DNA of 64,000 bases from Nitrospirota bacterium (GTDB lineage Bacteria; Nitrospirota; Nitrospiria; SBBL01; JAADHI01), in assembly GCA_029261135.1 (NCBI GenBank), contig JAJDBX010000003.1, forward strand, positions 87 to 64,086, read 5' to 3'. This document shows positions 18,548-27,702 of this stretch, piece by piece; positions within the stretch are counted from its first letter, which is position 1, and the number at the start of each line of letters is the position of its first letter. Both the position numbers and the translations under genes were made by a program. The notes beneath the pieces were generated by a model that was not told the DNA's origin, did not search any database, and was given only the letters and a program-made list of their open reading frames with translations.

Positions 18548-19951
18548 TTATTCAGGACGAAAGCGCCTGGGATGATCACTGGCCAAATCTTCAAAACGTG
18601 TATATCGGTTGATAAAGGCCATGGGGACATCACCGATGGGGCCATTTCTCTGTTTGCCGATGATAATTTCCGCGACTCCTCTCCTCCCACAGATACATTC
18701 ACTCTCATGGGCACATTTACAGGGCTCATAAACCTCTTCCCGATAGATAAAGAGCACAACATCGGCATCCTGTTCGATTGCGCCAGATTCCCGCAAATCG
18801 GCCAAAATGGGCCTTTTCTTTTTTTCTGGTCGGGATTCAACTGCACGTGACAGCTGAGACAGTGCGACAACCGGAATTTTAAGTTCTTTCGCCAAAGCTT
18901 TTAAAGAGCGTGAAATATCCGAAATTTCCTGCTCCCGGCTATGGAGATCTGCTCTTCCCCGCATGAGTTGAAGATAATCAACAATAATCAGGCTCAGATT
19001 GTGTTCCGCTTTTAAACGCCGTGCCTTCGCACGCATCTCGAGAATGGTCATCGAAGGCGTATCGTCAATAAAAATGGGGGCCTCATTCAGTCGTCCCGCA
19101 GCATCAATCAATTGGCGCCAATTGTTATTCCCAGGCTGACCCAGATAACCCGAGCGCAGCTTGTGTGCATCCACACGGGCTTCGGAACAAAGCATTCTTA
19201 AGACCAATTGCTCTTTCGACATCTCTAAACTGAAAATACCCACGGTTTGATTTTGATCAATGGCCACATTCTGGGCGATACCGAGTGCAAAAGCCGTTTT
19301 CCCCATGGAGGGACGACCTGCAACAATGACCAAGTCGGAGGGCTGAAATCCAGAAGTCATTTTATCGAGATCTTTGTACTTCGAAGGTAAACCGGTCAGC
19401 TTCTGGTCTGCTAATTTTTCAATAATCTCAAAACCCGCTTTGACCAATTCTTTCATCGGAGTAAACCCGGTTCGCATCGACTTATCCGTAATGGCAAAAA
19501 TATCTCGTTCTGCTTGATCTAAGAGGTCATCCACCTTGCCGTCATCATCATATCCCCGTGTAATCACATCTGTGGCAATATGAATTAATTCCCTTAACAA
19601 ACCCTTTTCATGAACCAGTCTGGCATGAAGCCGCACATTCGCCGCCGTTGCAATGCTATGCAGCAATTCGGTCAAATAATCATCGCCACCCACCGCTTCA
19701 AGTTGATTATTGCTGCGCAGCTTATCAGCAAGAGTAATCAGATCAATCGCCTCATTAAATTCATTCAGGTCAAGCATCGCACTATAGATTTTTCGATGGC
19801 TCTCTCTGTAGAAATCTTCGGCTCTCAATATCTCGACGACACGGTTAATCGCATAATTATCGAGCAATATCGCGGCTAAAATCGCCCGTTCTGCGCCTAT
19901 ATTTTGAGGGGGCAATTTTCTCAGCGCAAGGTCTGTATCTACAGTAGACAT
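18548..19951 (-). CDS. dnaB: Replicative DNA helicase DnaB
   Basis: The ORF has Walker A (GRPSMGKT), IIVDYLQLM, and SQLSRAVESRP motifs. I placed the start at the ATG preceded by AAGGGAGGAG (19951). The ORF track extends it to an upstream ATG at 19984. Confidence 0.93.
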   Translation of the reverse strand: MSTVDTDLALRKLPPQNIGAERAILAAILLDNYAINRVVEILRAEDFYRESHRKIYSAMLDLNEFNEAIDLITLADKLRSNNQLEAVGGDDYLTELLHSIATAANVRLHARLVHEKGLLRELIHIATDVITRGYDDDGKVDDLLDQAERDIFAITDKSMRTGFTPMKELVKAGFEIIEKLADQKLTGLPSKYKDLDKMTSGFQPSDLVIVAGRPSMGKTAFALGIAQNVAIDQNQTVGIFSLEMSKEQLVLRMLCSEARVDAHKLRSGYLGQPGNNNWRQLIDAAGRLNEAPIFIDDTPSMTILEMRAKARRLKAEHNLSLIIVDYLQLMRGRADLHSREQEISDISRSLKALAKELKIPVVALSQLSRAVESRPEKKKRPILADLRESGAIEQDADVVLFIYREEVYEPCKCAHESECICGRRGVAEIIIGKQRNGPIGDVPMAFINRYTRFEDLASDHPRRFRPE

Positions 19952-19967
19952 CACCAATTCTCCTCCC

Positions 19968-21275
19968 TTACGAGATCGATCCATTTGCTTGAAGCCACGT
20001 GATCAGAGCCTCCTGACTCAAGTTCTGGACATCTCCGGAAGAAACATCGATCAAGTTGACAGAGGACGATGCTACTTCCGCTTGCAAAAAGACTACTTTT
20101 GACACCTTTTGAGCCTCGGCATCCGAAACAGATAATTGAGCATCAGCAGACAAAACCCCTTGGCGAATGGTGCGAAAACCCGCATGACGAAGCTCTGCGG
20201 TCAATGCAATCGCCCTGTTCCGCTCTTCCGGTAAATGGGAAACCATGAGATCGATAACGGGCTGCTTCCCGCTTTTCAAATCAAGATGTTCCAAGGCGGC
20301 CTGAATTCTCTCAATATAAAGTGCAAATCCCGTCGATGCGGATGGACGCCCAAATTTTTCAAGGAGATGGTCATAACGTCCGCCACCACCTAATTCAGCC
20401 CCGACCCCTTCTGAGAAAATTTCAAATATCGTGCCTGTGTAATAATCAAAACCGCGCACTTCACCTAAATCGATCAGGAGATAATCTTGATACCCGTAAG
20501 ATTTTAAAATATTGTAGACCTGCTCGAGACGCGCGATGGCCTTTCGACAAGCGCTGTCATCTGTTAAGGTTTTTGCACGCGTCAAGACTTCTACACCACC
20601 AAATAAATCCAAAAGAGAGAGAACCTCTCTTTGAGTTTTTTCCTCAACCGCTTCCTGCTTCAATAATCGTTCTAAAGCTGCGGTCTCTTTTTTAGAAACA
20701 GAATGAAGCAACTGCTTAAAAAAATCGGGTGAAGACATAAATGGGCGCAGGAGACCCTGCGTAAACGCCATGTGACCTAAAGTGATGCGAAAATTTTTCA
20801 AGCCCAGGCGATTCAATATCTCAATCGTGAGAGAAATCATCTCTGCATCCGATTCGGCATCGGAAGGGCCGATGAGTTCTCCTCCAAGCTGGAAAAGCTC
20901 CCGTTCCCGGCCAACGTGTTCTTCCTGGTGTCTAAAAATATTTGCAGAATAACAAAGGCGAAGCGGTCTGGGTTGATCAGCTAAGAGCGTCGATGCCATG
21001 CGTGCAATCTGAGGCGTGACATCGGGACGTAAAACCATAATACGGCCTGTCGCGCGATCCACAAATTTGTAGGCACTATCAACAGTCTCCTCTCCTACGC
21101 CTAGAGAAAAGACATCCAGATATTCAAATATAGGAGGGATCACCTCTTGGTAGCCCCATCGGGAAAAAGACGACAAAATCTCTTTTTCGATCAGTCGCCT
21201 TTGAGCGGCGCCATCAGGAAGAAGGGTTGCAACACCCTTTGGAATCATCGTTTTCGGCTTATCTGAAAATTTCAT
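19968..21275 (-). CDS. hisZ: ATP phosphoribosyltransferase regulatory subunit (HisRS-like HisZ)
   Basis: The 435-aa ORF has a class-II aaRS-like core with HisZ-type motifs (LRPDVTPQIARM, RELFQLGGELIG, GGGGRYDHLL). It lacks the HisRS LRPEGT/ERPQ signatures. Confidence 0.72.
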   Translation of the reverse strand: MKFSDKPKTMIPKGVATLLPDGAAQRRLIEKEILSSFSRWGYQEVIPPIFEYLDVFSLGVGEETVDSAYKFVDRATGRIMVLRPDVTPQIARMASTLLADQPRPLRLCYSANIFRHQEEHVGRERELFQLGGELIGPSDAESDAEMISLTIEILNRLGLKNFRITLGHMAFTQGLLRPFMSSPDFFKQLLHSVSKKETAALERLLKQEAVEEKTQREVLSLLDLFGGVEVLTRAKTLTDDSACRKAIARLEQVYNILKSYGYQDYLLIDLGEVRGFDYYTGTIFEIFSEGVGAELGGGGRYDHLLEKFGRPSASTGFALYIERIQAALEHLDLKSGKQPVIDLMVSHLPEERNRAIALTAELRHAGFRTIRQGVLSADAQLSVSDAEAQKVSKVVFLQAEVASSSVNLIDVSSGDVQNLSQEALITWLQANGSIS

Positions 21276-21319
21276 TGACCCAGGGCAAAAAATTGAGGAT
21301 TACGATAAGAGAAATGATC

Positions 21320-21365
21320 GTGTGGGGATAGGAAAATCAAACGTTTGATTTTCCTATCCCCACAC
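21320..21365. repeat. 46-bp perfect palindrome (23-bp arms) between serA and hisZ
   Basis: GTGTGGGGATAGGAAAATCAAAC immediately followed by its exact reverse complement GTTTGATTTTCCTATCCCCACAC. It lies 15 nt downstream of the serA stop and is probably a terminator or processing hairpin. Confidence 0.8.
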
Positions 21366-21380
21366 TGAATGACCGTTATT

Positions 21381-22961
21381 TTATATTGAGACCTGTTTGA
21401 CCGCAATAACATGCGGGAGTGCTTTAATCTCTTCTAAACCCGCGGCATCAATCACTGAATCAATGCCGACCACAGAAATCGCTTTGCCGCCTGATTTTTC
21501 GCGACCGAGTTGCATACTCGAAATATTGACGCCATTTTTAGCCAAAAGTTGACCCAAGCTACCAATCACACCTGGCTGATCTTCATTAAATAAGTAGAGC
21601 ATCATGCCTTCTGGAATAACCTCTAGCGCCATCCGATCAATTTCAACAAAACGGGGTTCACTCTTATTAAAAATCGCACCCGTCACGATTCTGACTTGGT
21701 CTGCCGCCTTCACTTCAATCGAGAGGAGGGAAGCGAAGTTCCCTGAATTGGATCGTTTAGCTTCATTCACCACGATGCCCCGATCTTTTGCGATGTCGGG
21801 TGCGTTCACATAATTCACCGGCTCTTCCAATATCGGGCTTAAGAGTCCTTTAAGTGCCGCCAGCGTGATGGAGGCCGTTTCTAAATCGGCGGCTTCCCCA
21901 CTATAAGTAATGGTGACTTCCTCTACTGCACCTTCACCGGTCTGTCCAATAAATGACCCTATTTTTTCGGCTAAGTTAATGTAAGGTTGTAACTGAGGAA
22001 GTAGGTCTGCCGGGACTGAGGGAAGGTTTACCGCAAATCGGGGGACATTATGAAGCAAATAATCGACAATCTGGTTAGAAACTGCAATGGCCACATTTTC
22101 CTGCGCTTCACGTGTAGAGGCTCCAAGATGCGGGGTGCAAATAAAATTCTCTAAAGTCAGTAGGGGATTTGAAGGGTCAACGGGCTCTTTTTCAAAAACA
22201 TCCAGGGCGGCTGAGCCGACTTTGCCACTCTTCAAGCCATTATAAAGTGCATCTTCATCTACAATGCCGCCACGGGCGCAGTTAATAATCCGAACCCCTT
22301 GCTTCATTTTTTGAATGGCATCCGCATTAATCATGTGTTTGGTTTCATCGGTCAGCGGGGCATGAATCGTAATGACATCAGCTCTTGTGATCAGGCCTCC
22401 AAAATCAACCACTTCAACCCCGGCTTTTTCTGCCCGTTCAGGAGAAAGGTAGGCATCGTAGGCGATGACATTCATCATCATGCCTTGTGCCAGTTTGGCA
22501 AAATGGCTTCCGATGGCACCCATCCCGATAATACCGAGGGTTTTGTTGAACAACTCCATCCCCATGTATTTTTTCTTTTCCCATTTCCCTGCCTTCGTCG
22601 ACGCGGTAGCTTGAGGCACACACCGTGCCATCGAAACCATGAGTGAAAAAGCATGTTCCGCCGTTGTCACGGTGTTGCCACCGGGGGTGTTCATCACAAC
22701 AATGCCACGCTTTGTTGCAGCAGGGATGTCCACGTTATCCAGGCCAGAGCCTGCCCGACCGATCACTTTCAGGTTTGTCGCAGCCGCAACAAGCTCTTGC
22801 GTGACCTTGGTGGCACTTCGAATCACCAGACCATCATACCCAGGAATTATTTGGATGAGTTCTTCAGGAGAAAGCCCCGTTTTCACATCGACTTTCAATC
22901 CAGCTTTTTTCAAAATTTCGACACCCCGTTCGGCAAGGGCATCACTGACTAAAACACGCAT
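21381..22961 (-). CDS. serA: D-3-phosphoglycerate dehydrogenase (long form with ASB and ACT domains)
   Basis: The ORF has the NAD motif GIIGMGAIGS, the catalytic region PHLGAST, and a C-terminal ACT-like region. I chose the ATG preceded by GGAGGA (MRVLVSD...). The ORF track starts 30 nt upstream at a GTG. Confidence 0.9.
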   Translation of the reverse strand: MRVLVSDALAERGVEILKKAGLKVDVKTGLSPEELIQIIPGYDGLVIRSATKVTQELVAAATNLKVIGRAGSGLDNVDIPAATKRGIVVMNTPGGNTVTTAEHAFSLMVSMARCVPQATASTKAGKWEKKKYMGMELFNKTLGIIGMGAIGSHFAKLAQGMMMNVIAYDAYLSPERAEKAGVEVVDFGGLITRADVITIHAPLTDETKHMINADAIQKMKQGVRIINCARGGIVDEDALYNGLKSGKVGSAALDVFEKEPVDPSNPLLTLENFICTPHLGASTREAQENVAIAVSNQIVDYLLHNVPRFAVNLPSVPADLLPQLQPYINLAEKIGSFIGQTGEGAVEEVTITYSGEAADLETASITLAALKGLLSPILEEPVNYVNAPDIAKDRGIVVNEAKRSNSGNFASLLSIEVKAADQVRIVTGAIFNKSEPRFVEIDRMALEVIPEGMMLYLFNEDQPGVIGSLGQLLAKNGVNISSMQLGREKSGGKAISVVGIDSVIDAAGLEEIKALPHVIAVKQVSI

Positions 22962-22990
22962 AGGTCCTCCAAGCTCACTATAGGTTGTCA

Positions 22991-24130
22991 CTATTTTTTA
23001 AGGAGAATTTCCTGGGCAACGCCCACACCAGTACCCAAGGTCAGCGGGTGGCCCATTGCTTTGAGGACCATTTCAACAGCCGCCACAGCCATAATCGTAT
23101 CAAAAGTATCGAGATAACCCATGTTGGAAATTCGAAAAACTTTTCCCTTCAAATGATCCTGTCCTCCGGCAGCCGTAATGCCATACTTGACCCGAAGATC
23201 TTTATAAATGGCTTGGCCATCATAGCCCTCGGGGACTGAAATCGCTGTCACCGAAGTACTCGCACCCTCTTTAGGAAAAGAAGACAAGCCAATGGCCGTC
23301 ATTCCCTCCCGTAGGGCTTTTGCCATCAGGGCGCGACGTGCAAATATATTTTCAAGGCCTTCTTCCCGCATCATTTTAAGGGATTGCTCCAAACCCACGA
23401 TTAACGAAACAGCGGCGGTATAAGCTGTCTGATTTTTTTGAATCGCAGCCCGCTCTTTTTTAAAATCAAAATAAAACGTGGCATTGTTTGTTTTTTCAGC
23501 CTGACGCCATGCTTTTTCGGAAACAGAAACAAAAGCCAAACCAGGGGGGAGTGCCAAGGCTTTTTGTGATCCACTTACGACAACATCTAAACCCCAGGCA
23601 TCGGTCTGAACATCAAAAACACCCAAGGCGGAAATAGCATCCACAACCATTAAACAATGGTCATATCCTCGGACCACTTCTGCGACTTCCTTAATCGGAT
23701 GGGCGACACCCGTGGAGGTTTCAGAGGCCTGAGTGAACACCGCCTTAATAGAAGGGTCTTTTTCAAGTGCGGCTGCCACATCATTTGGATTCACCACACA
23801 ACCCCATTCGACCTTAATTTCTACCGTTTCAACACCATAGCTTTTACAAATCTTGCCCCAGCGTTCGCCAAACTTACCGCCATTGACAAAAAGGGCCTTG
23901 TCTCCGGGAGAGAGAAAGTTTGAAACAGATCCTTCCATTCCGCCCGTTCCCGTTGAAGCGATAATCAAGACGTCATTTTCAGTTTTAAATAGCCATTTTA
24001 GATCCTCTTTCACGCGTTTGAGCAATTCGACAAATTCAGGGGCGCGATGATGAAGAATAGGTTGTGCCATAGATAAAAGAACTTCCGGCGAAATGGCTGT
24101 CGGGCCGGGGGCCAAGAGGTATTTCTTCAC
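22991..24130 (-). CDS. Class-V PLP aminotransferase (serine-pyruvate/alanine-glyoxylate family), probable phosphoserine aminotransferase role
   Basis: The 379-aa ORF has LLAPGPT at the N-terminus and the PLP-lysine motif SGSQKAL. It lies immediately upstream of serA, which supports a serine-pathway role; that role is an inference. Confidence 0.75.
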   Translation of the reverse strand: MKKYLLAPGPTAISPEVLLSMAQPILHHRAPEFVELLKRVKEDLKWLFKTENDVLIIASTGTGGMEGSVSNFLSPGDKALFVNGGKFGERWGKICKSYGVETVEIKVEWGCVVNPNDVAAALEKDPSIKAVFTQASETSTGVAHPIKEVAEVVRGYDHCLMVVDAISALGVFDVQTDAWGLDVVVSGSQKALALPPGLAFVSVSEKAWRQAEKTNNATFYFDFKKERAAIQKNQTAYTAAVSLIVGLEQSLKMMREEGLENIFARRALMAKALREGMTAIGLSSFPKEGASTSVTAISVPEGYDGQAIYKDLRVKYGITAAGGQDHLKGKVFRISNMGYLDTFDTIMAVAAVEMVLKAMGHPLTLGTGVGVAQEILLKK

Positions 24131-24341
24131 GTTTTTCTTCTCCTTAAAACATGGGCATTCAGAAATTGCTTCTAAAATAAAAAGATTTCTGCCAAAATAG
24201 AAACGGTGACGTTATCATAGCGTCTTAAAAATTGTCAAGGAAAAGCCCTTCTGAACAGAGCCTTACGACCGAAGGATCTCTGGTTTACAAAACCATTCAA
24301 TATGGGGTAACCTACATGCATTATCCTCACTTGACAACTAT

Positions 24342-24734
24342 ATGCTTTCTCGCCTCCTATTTCTTTTTATCGCCGTACCCATCATAGAAATCACTCTACT
24401 TATCAAGCTCGGTGATGAAATTGGATTTTGGCCAACGATTACAATACAAATTGTCACGGGCATCTTAGGGGCGAGCCTCGCAAGATTGCAAGGGCTTTTT
24501 GTCTGGAATAAAATCACGATGGAACTCCAATCCGGCCGCATTCCAACCAATGACATGGTCAACGGCTTGCTAATTTTTATCGCAGGGATTGTATTAATGA
24601 CCCCAGGGCTTCTCACAGATTTTGCCGGTTTTGCCCTACTGATCCCTTTTACACGTAATCTTTTCAAACAATGGATTAGGTATCAGTTTGAAAAAAAAGT
24701 TCGACCCCGAGACGGGTTTATGGGTCCGATTTAA
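24342..24734 (+). CDS. fxsA: FxsA family inner-membrane protein
   Basis: The 130-aa ORF has IPIIEITLLIKLG near the N-terminus and the LMTPGLLTDFAGFALLIP motif typical of FxsA. Confidence 0.8.
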   Translation: MLSRLLFLFIAVPIIEITLLIKLGDEIGFWPTITIQIVTGILGASLARLQGLFVWNKITMELQSGRIPTNDMVNGLLIFIAGIVLMTPGLLTDFAGFALLIPFTRNLFKQWIRYQFEKKVRPRDGFMGPI

Positions 24735-24770
24735 TGGCATCCTGATCGAATATTAGAAAAAACCTGAACC

Positions 24771-25307
24771 TTGACAATCAAACAGAGTTCTCATAAGATT
24801 TCGTCCACTCTTTTTAGGCGAACGGCAACGAAAGAATTGCCTCAAACGGGCCTTGATGAGCAAGTGATGCAGCTTGCCTTGAAAGAAGCCAGAAAAGCCC
24901 TCCTCAAAAAGGAAGTGCCTATCGGAGCGGTTTTGGTCTGTGAAGGAAAAGTGATTGCGGCAGGCCACAATCTCAGGGAGTCCCAAAAAGACCCGACAGC
25001 ACATGCAGAGCTGATCGTGCTTCGGGAATCTTCCGCTTTATTGGGGCGATGGCGACTCGGGGGGACACTTTATACGACCTTGGAACCCTGTACTATGTGC
25101 GCCGGCGCCTTGGTACAAGCGCGGATTGATCGATTGGTTTTCGGTGCTCTGGATGCAAAAGCCGGTGGATGCGGGTCTGTCATTGATGTCGTAAGGGAAC
25201 CGCGTTTTAATCACCACTTTGAAGTTAAGGGCGGGGTTCTGGCAGAGGCATCAAAAGACTTACTTCAGACTTTTTTTAAAAAGTTGCGAAAAAATAAGGT
25301 AAGCTAA
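24771..25307 (+). CDS. tadA: tRNA-specific adenosine deaminase TadA
   Basis: The ORF has the CDA zinc motifs HAE (PTAHAELI) and PCTMCAGA. The true start is probably the internal Met at about 24867 (MQLALKEARKA), since the longer N-terminus is atypical. Confidence 0.88.
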   Translation: MTIKQSSHKISSTLFRRTATKELPQTGLDEQVMQLALKEARKALLKKEVPIGAVLVCEGKVIAAGHNLRESQKDPTAHAELIVLRESSALLGRWRLGGTLYTTLEPCTMCAGALVQARIDRLVFGALDAKAGGCGSVIDVVREPRFNHHFEVKGGVLAEASKDLLQTFFKKLRKNKVS

Positions 25308-25329
25308 AGCGTCACATGGTTTTCATCAA

Positions 25330-25421
25330 GGAGAGATGGCCGAGCTCGGTTGAAGGCGCCTGACTCGAAATCAGGTGTGGGGGCAACTCTACCGGGGGTT
25401 CGAATCCCTCTCTCTCCGCCA
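25330..25421 (+). tRNA. tRNA-Ser (anticodon CGA)
   Basis: GGAGAGATGGCCGAGCTCGGTTGAAGGCGCCTGACTCGAAATCAGGTGTGGGGGCAACTCTACCGGGGGTTCGAATCCCTCTCTCTCCGCCA. The acceptor stem is GGAGAGA/TCTCTCC, the anticodon loop is CTCGAAA, and it has a long variable arm. CCA is encoded. Confidence 0.93.
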
Positions 25422-25455
25422 AATTAAACGGTGCTTTAGCATGACTTAATCAGCA

Positions 25456-25598
25456 TTTTAAGAATTTAGATTACCAAGTTTTTACTTCAGGGCAAGGGGC
25501 GAGAAGCGCAAAACCACAGCGTATATTTACACGCGAGGATTCAAGCATCACAGCAGCGTAGCCAAGGAGCGGAAAGAGGGTGATCTAAATTCTTAAAA
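25456..25598 (+). other. 143-bp element closed by a 20-bp inverted repeat (candidate structured RNA, processing stem or MITE)
   Basis: TTTTAAGAATTTAGATTACC (25456-25475) pairs with GGTGATCTAAATTCTTAAAA (25579-25598). Sixteen bp are perfect and the remaining 4 include one A/G mismatch. The arms enclose 103 nt and fill the spacer between the two tRNA-Ser genes. Confidence 0.5.
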
Positions 25599-25599
25599 T

Positions 25600-25692
25600 G
25601 GAGAGGTGTCCGAGCGGCTGAAGGAGCACGATTGGAAATCGTGTAGGTGGTTTATAGCTGCCTCGGGGGTTCAAATCCCCCTCTCTCCGCCA
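25600..25692 (+). tRNA. tRNA-Ser (anticodon GGA)
   Basis: GGAGAGGTGTCCGAGCGGCTGAAGGAGCACGATTGGAAATCGTGTAGGTGGTTTATAGCTGCCTCGGGGGTTCAAATCCCCCTCTCTCCGCCA. The anticodon stem is CACGA/TCGTG with loop TTGGAAA, and it has a long variable arm. CCA is encoded. Confidence 0.93.
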
Positions 25693-25732
25693 ATATATTT
25701 TTTTGAAACACTAAAGTAATGGTCTATTTAAT

Positions 25733-25840
25733 GGAGAGTCCGGGCCCTGTGCAACAAGATCTTATGAACCCCGTCAGATCCGGAAGGAAGCAGCGGTAAG
25801 TAGGCGCTCTTGTGTGCCGCAGGTTCACCTGGTCTCTCCC
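25733..25840 (+). ncRNA. ffs: Signal recognition particle RNA (small 4.5S type)
   Basis: It contains the conserved domain-IV core GTCAGATCCGGAAGGAAGCAGC. The 5' GGAGAGTCCGGGC pairs with the 3' ACCTGGTCTCTCC. A further helix (25716-25725 with 25847-25856) may extend the precursor. It lies directly upstream of dnaX, a common bacterial arrangement. Confidence 0.85.
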
Positions 25841-25911
25841 CTAAACAGACCATTATTTTATAAATACTACAATCGAGACAAGACACTTCCGAAAGGAAAA
25901 TAGAAACCGTA

Positions 25912-27660
25912 TTGATGGATTATCAAGTCTCTGCAAGAAAATGGCGGCCTCAAACCTTTGAAGAAGTCATCGGACAGGAACACGTCACAAAGTCTTTAAG
26001 CAACGCCATTCGTCTCAAAAAAATAGCACAAGCTTATCTTTTTTCCGGGATACGCGGTGTTGGAAAAACCTCTCTCGCCAGAATTTTAGCAAAAGGGGTC
26101 AATTGCAAAAAAGAAGGCACATCCGTCCCTTGCAACAGCTGTGAATCTTGCCTAGAAATCACAGCTGGCCAATCTGTGGATGTCATTGAGATTGACGGTG
26201 CTTCAAATACCGGGGTCGATGATGTTCGGGAACTCCGGGAAAATATCAAATACCTCCCGCTACGTGGGAGATATAAAGTCTATATTATTGATGAAGTCCA
26301 TATGCTTTCAAATGCAGCCTTTAATGCGCTGCTGAAAACCCTTGAAGAACCCCCGCCTCACCTCATTTTTATCTTAGCCACAACAGAATCGCACAAGATT
26401 CCCGGAACCATTCTATCTCGTTGCCAACATTTTGCTTTTCGCCGCATGAGCACATCTGAAATCGTGATCCAACTGAAGATTGTCATTGAAGCACGCGAAA
26501 TAGAATTTACAGCACGCGGATTAAATCTCATCGCCCGGGTCGCCGAGGGCAGTATGCGTGACGCCCTTAGTCTGATTGATCAGGCTATTTCATTTGGTGG
26601 TGCATCTGTCACGGATGAAAACCTTCTCACACTTTTAGGACGGATGGACGGGGTGACATTTCATCATCTCATCGAAGCAATCCATCAAAAGGATGCGGCA
26701 GCAGCACTGGCAGTGGCCAATGAAATCACCGACCAGGGCTGTGACCTAAAACAATTTCTGACGGATTGGCTCGAACATCTTCGACATTTGATCGTGGCTC
26801 AAAATGTTTCGGATGCGGGACTGTGGGTTGATCTTTCCAAAGAAGAAGTTGAAGAAATCAAAACAGAATCAGCCTTATTTTCACTTGAAGCCATGCAGCG
26901 ACTCTTCTCCCTCTTTGCGAAACTTTTGTCTGAAATCCGAAATGCACCCCAACCCAATCTTCTGTTTGAAGTGTCACTGATGAAAGCGATCCTTTTAGCC
27001 GATACACAATCGATTGAAAATATCATCGAAAAACTGGATCGATTGACAACCAGAGAGGTTCTTCCGGATACCATCATGGAAACACCGACAAAACCAATCT
27101 ACCAGACCTCTAACCACACGCCTTATGTTCCAGAAAAAAAATTAGAGAAAAAAGAAGAACCGACACGAACGGCATCATTGCCCCCTCAAAACAAGACCTC
27201 TCCAGCCCCTACTTACCGGGACGGGGAAAACACTTCAATTAAAGCAACACCAGCGCTACCTAATGGAACCGCTGGTTGGCAAAAAATACTGACTATCATT
27301 AAACAAGAACGCCCCAACGTCAGTTCCTATCTTGAGCAAGGCCGCCTTGAGAATTTTGATGACAAAGAAATCCGTATCGGATTTCCGAAAAACAGTGTTT
27401 TTTTAATCCCCTTGATTGAAAAAGCTGAAACACAGAAATGGCTGAATCACTTACTCAAAAAGCACTTACACAGAACCGTCAAACTTAATCTCCTTAAAAA
27501 CGAAGACGCTGAACCCAACCCCGACCCATTGGAAAAACCCAATAGGATGGAGGACAGGTTTGAACACAACAAATCGGGATCGGAGCATCCGCTGATTCAA
27601 GAAGCACTCAAAACCTTGGGTGGATCTGTCATCGAAACAAAACGTGTATTAAATGATTAA
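25912..27660 (+). CDS. dnaX: DNA polymerase III subunits tau/gamma
   Basis: The 582-aa ORF has YQVSARKWRPQTFEEVIGQ, Walker A (GIRGVGKTS), the zinc module CNSCESC, DEVHML, and SRC (ILSRCQHF). The ATG at 25915 is the likely start. Confidence 0.95.
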   Translation: MMDYQVSARKWRPQTFEEVIGQEHVTKSLSNAIRLKKIAQAYLFSGIRGVGKTSLARILAKGVNCKKEGTSVPCNSCESCLEITAGQSVDVIEIDGASNTGVDDVRELRENIKYLPLRGRYKVYIIDEVHMLSNAAFNALLKTLEEPPPHLIFILATTESHKIPGTILSRCQHFAFRRMSTSEIVIQLKIVIEAREIEFTARGLNLIARVAEGSMRDALSLIDQAISFGGASVTDENLLTLLGRMDGVTFHHLIEAIHQKDAAAALAVANEITDQGCDLKQFLTDWLEHLRHLIVAQNVSDAGLWVDLSKEEVEEIKTESALFSLEAMQRLFSLFAKLLSEIRNAPQPNLLFEVSLMKAILLADTQSIENIIEKLDRLTTREVLPDTIMETPTKPIYQTSNHTPYVPEKKLEKKEEPTRTASLPPQNKTSPAPTYRDGENTSIKATPALPNGTAGWQKILTIIKQERPNVSSYLEQGRLENFDDKEIRIGFPKNSVFLIPLIEKAETQKWLNHLLKKHLHRTVKLNLLKNEDAEPNPDPLEKPNRMEDRFEHNKSGSEHPLIQEALKTLGGSVIETKRVLND

Positions 27661-27702
27661 AAATCGCTAATATAATCAAATTAACACAGCTAAGGAGATA
27701 AT

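Noticed and set aside
25456-25598. The inverted-repeat-bounded element might be a 6S RNA.
   Set aside because: It is only 143 nt. By eye I could not build the central bubble and terminal helix typical of 6S, and the genomic context (a tRNA spacer) is not the usual one. I kept it as an unclassified candidate instead.
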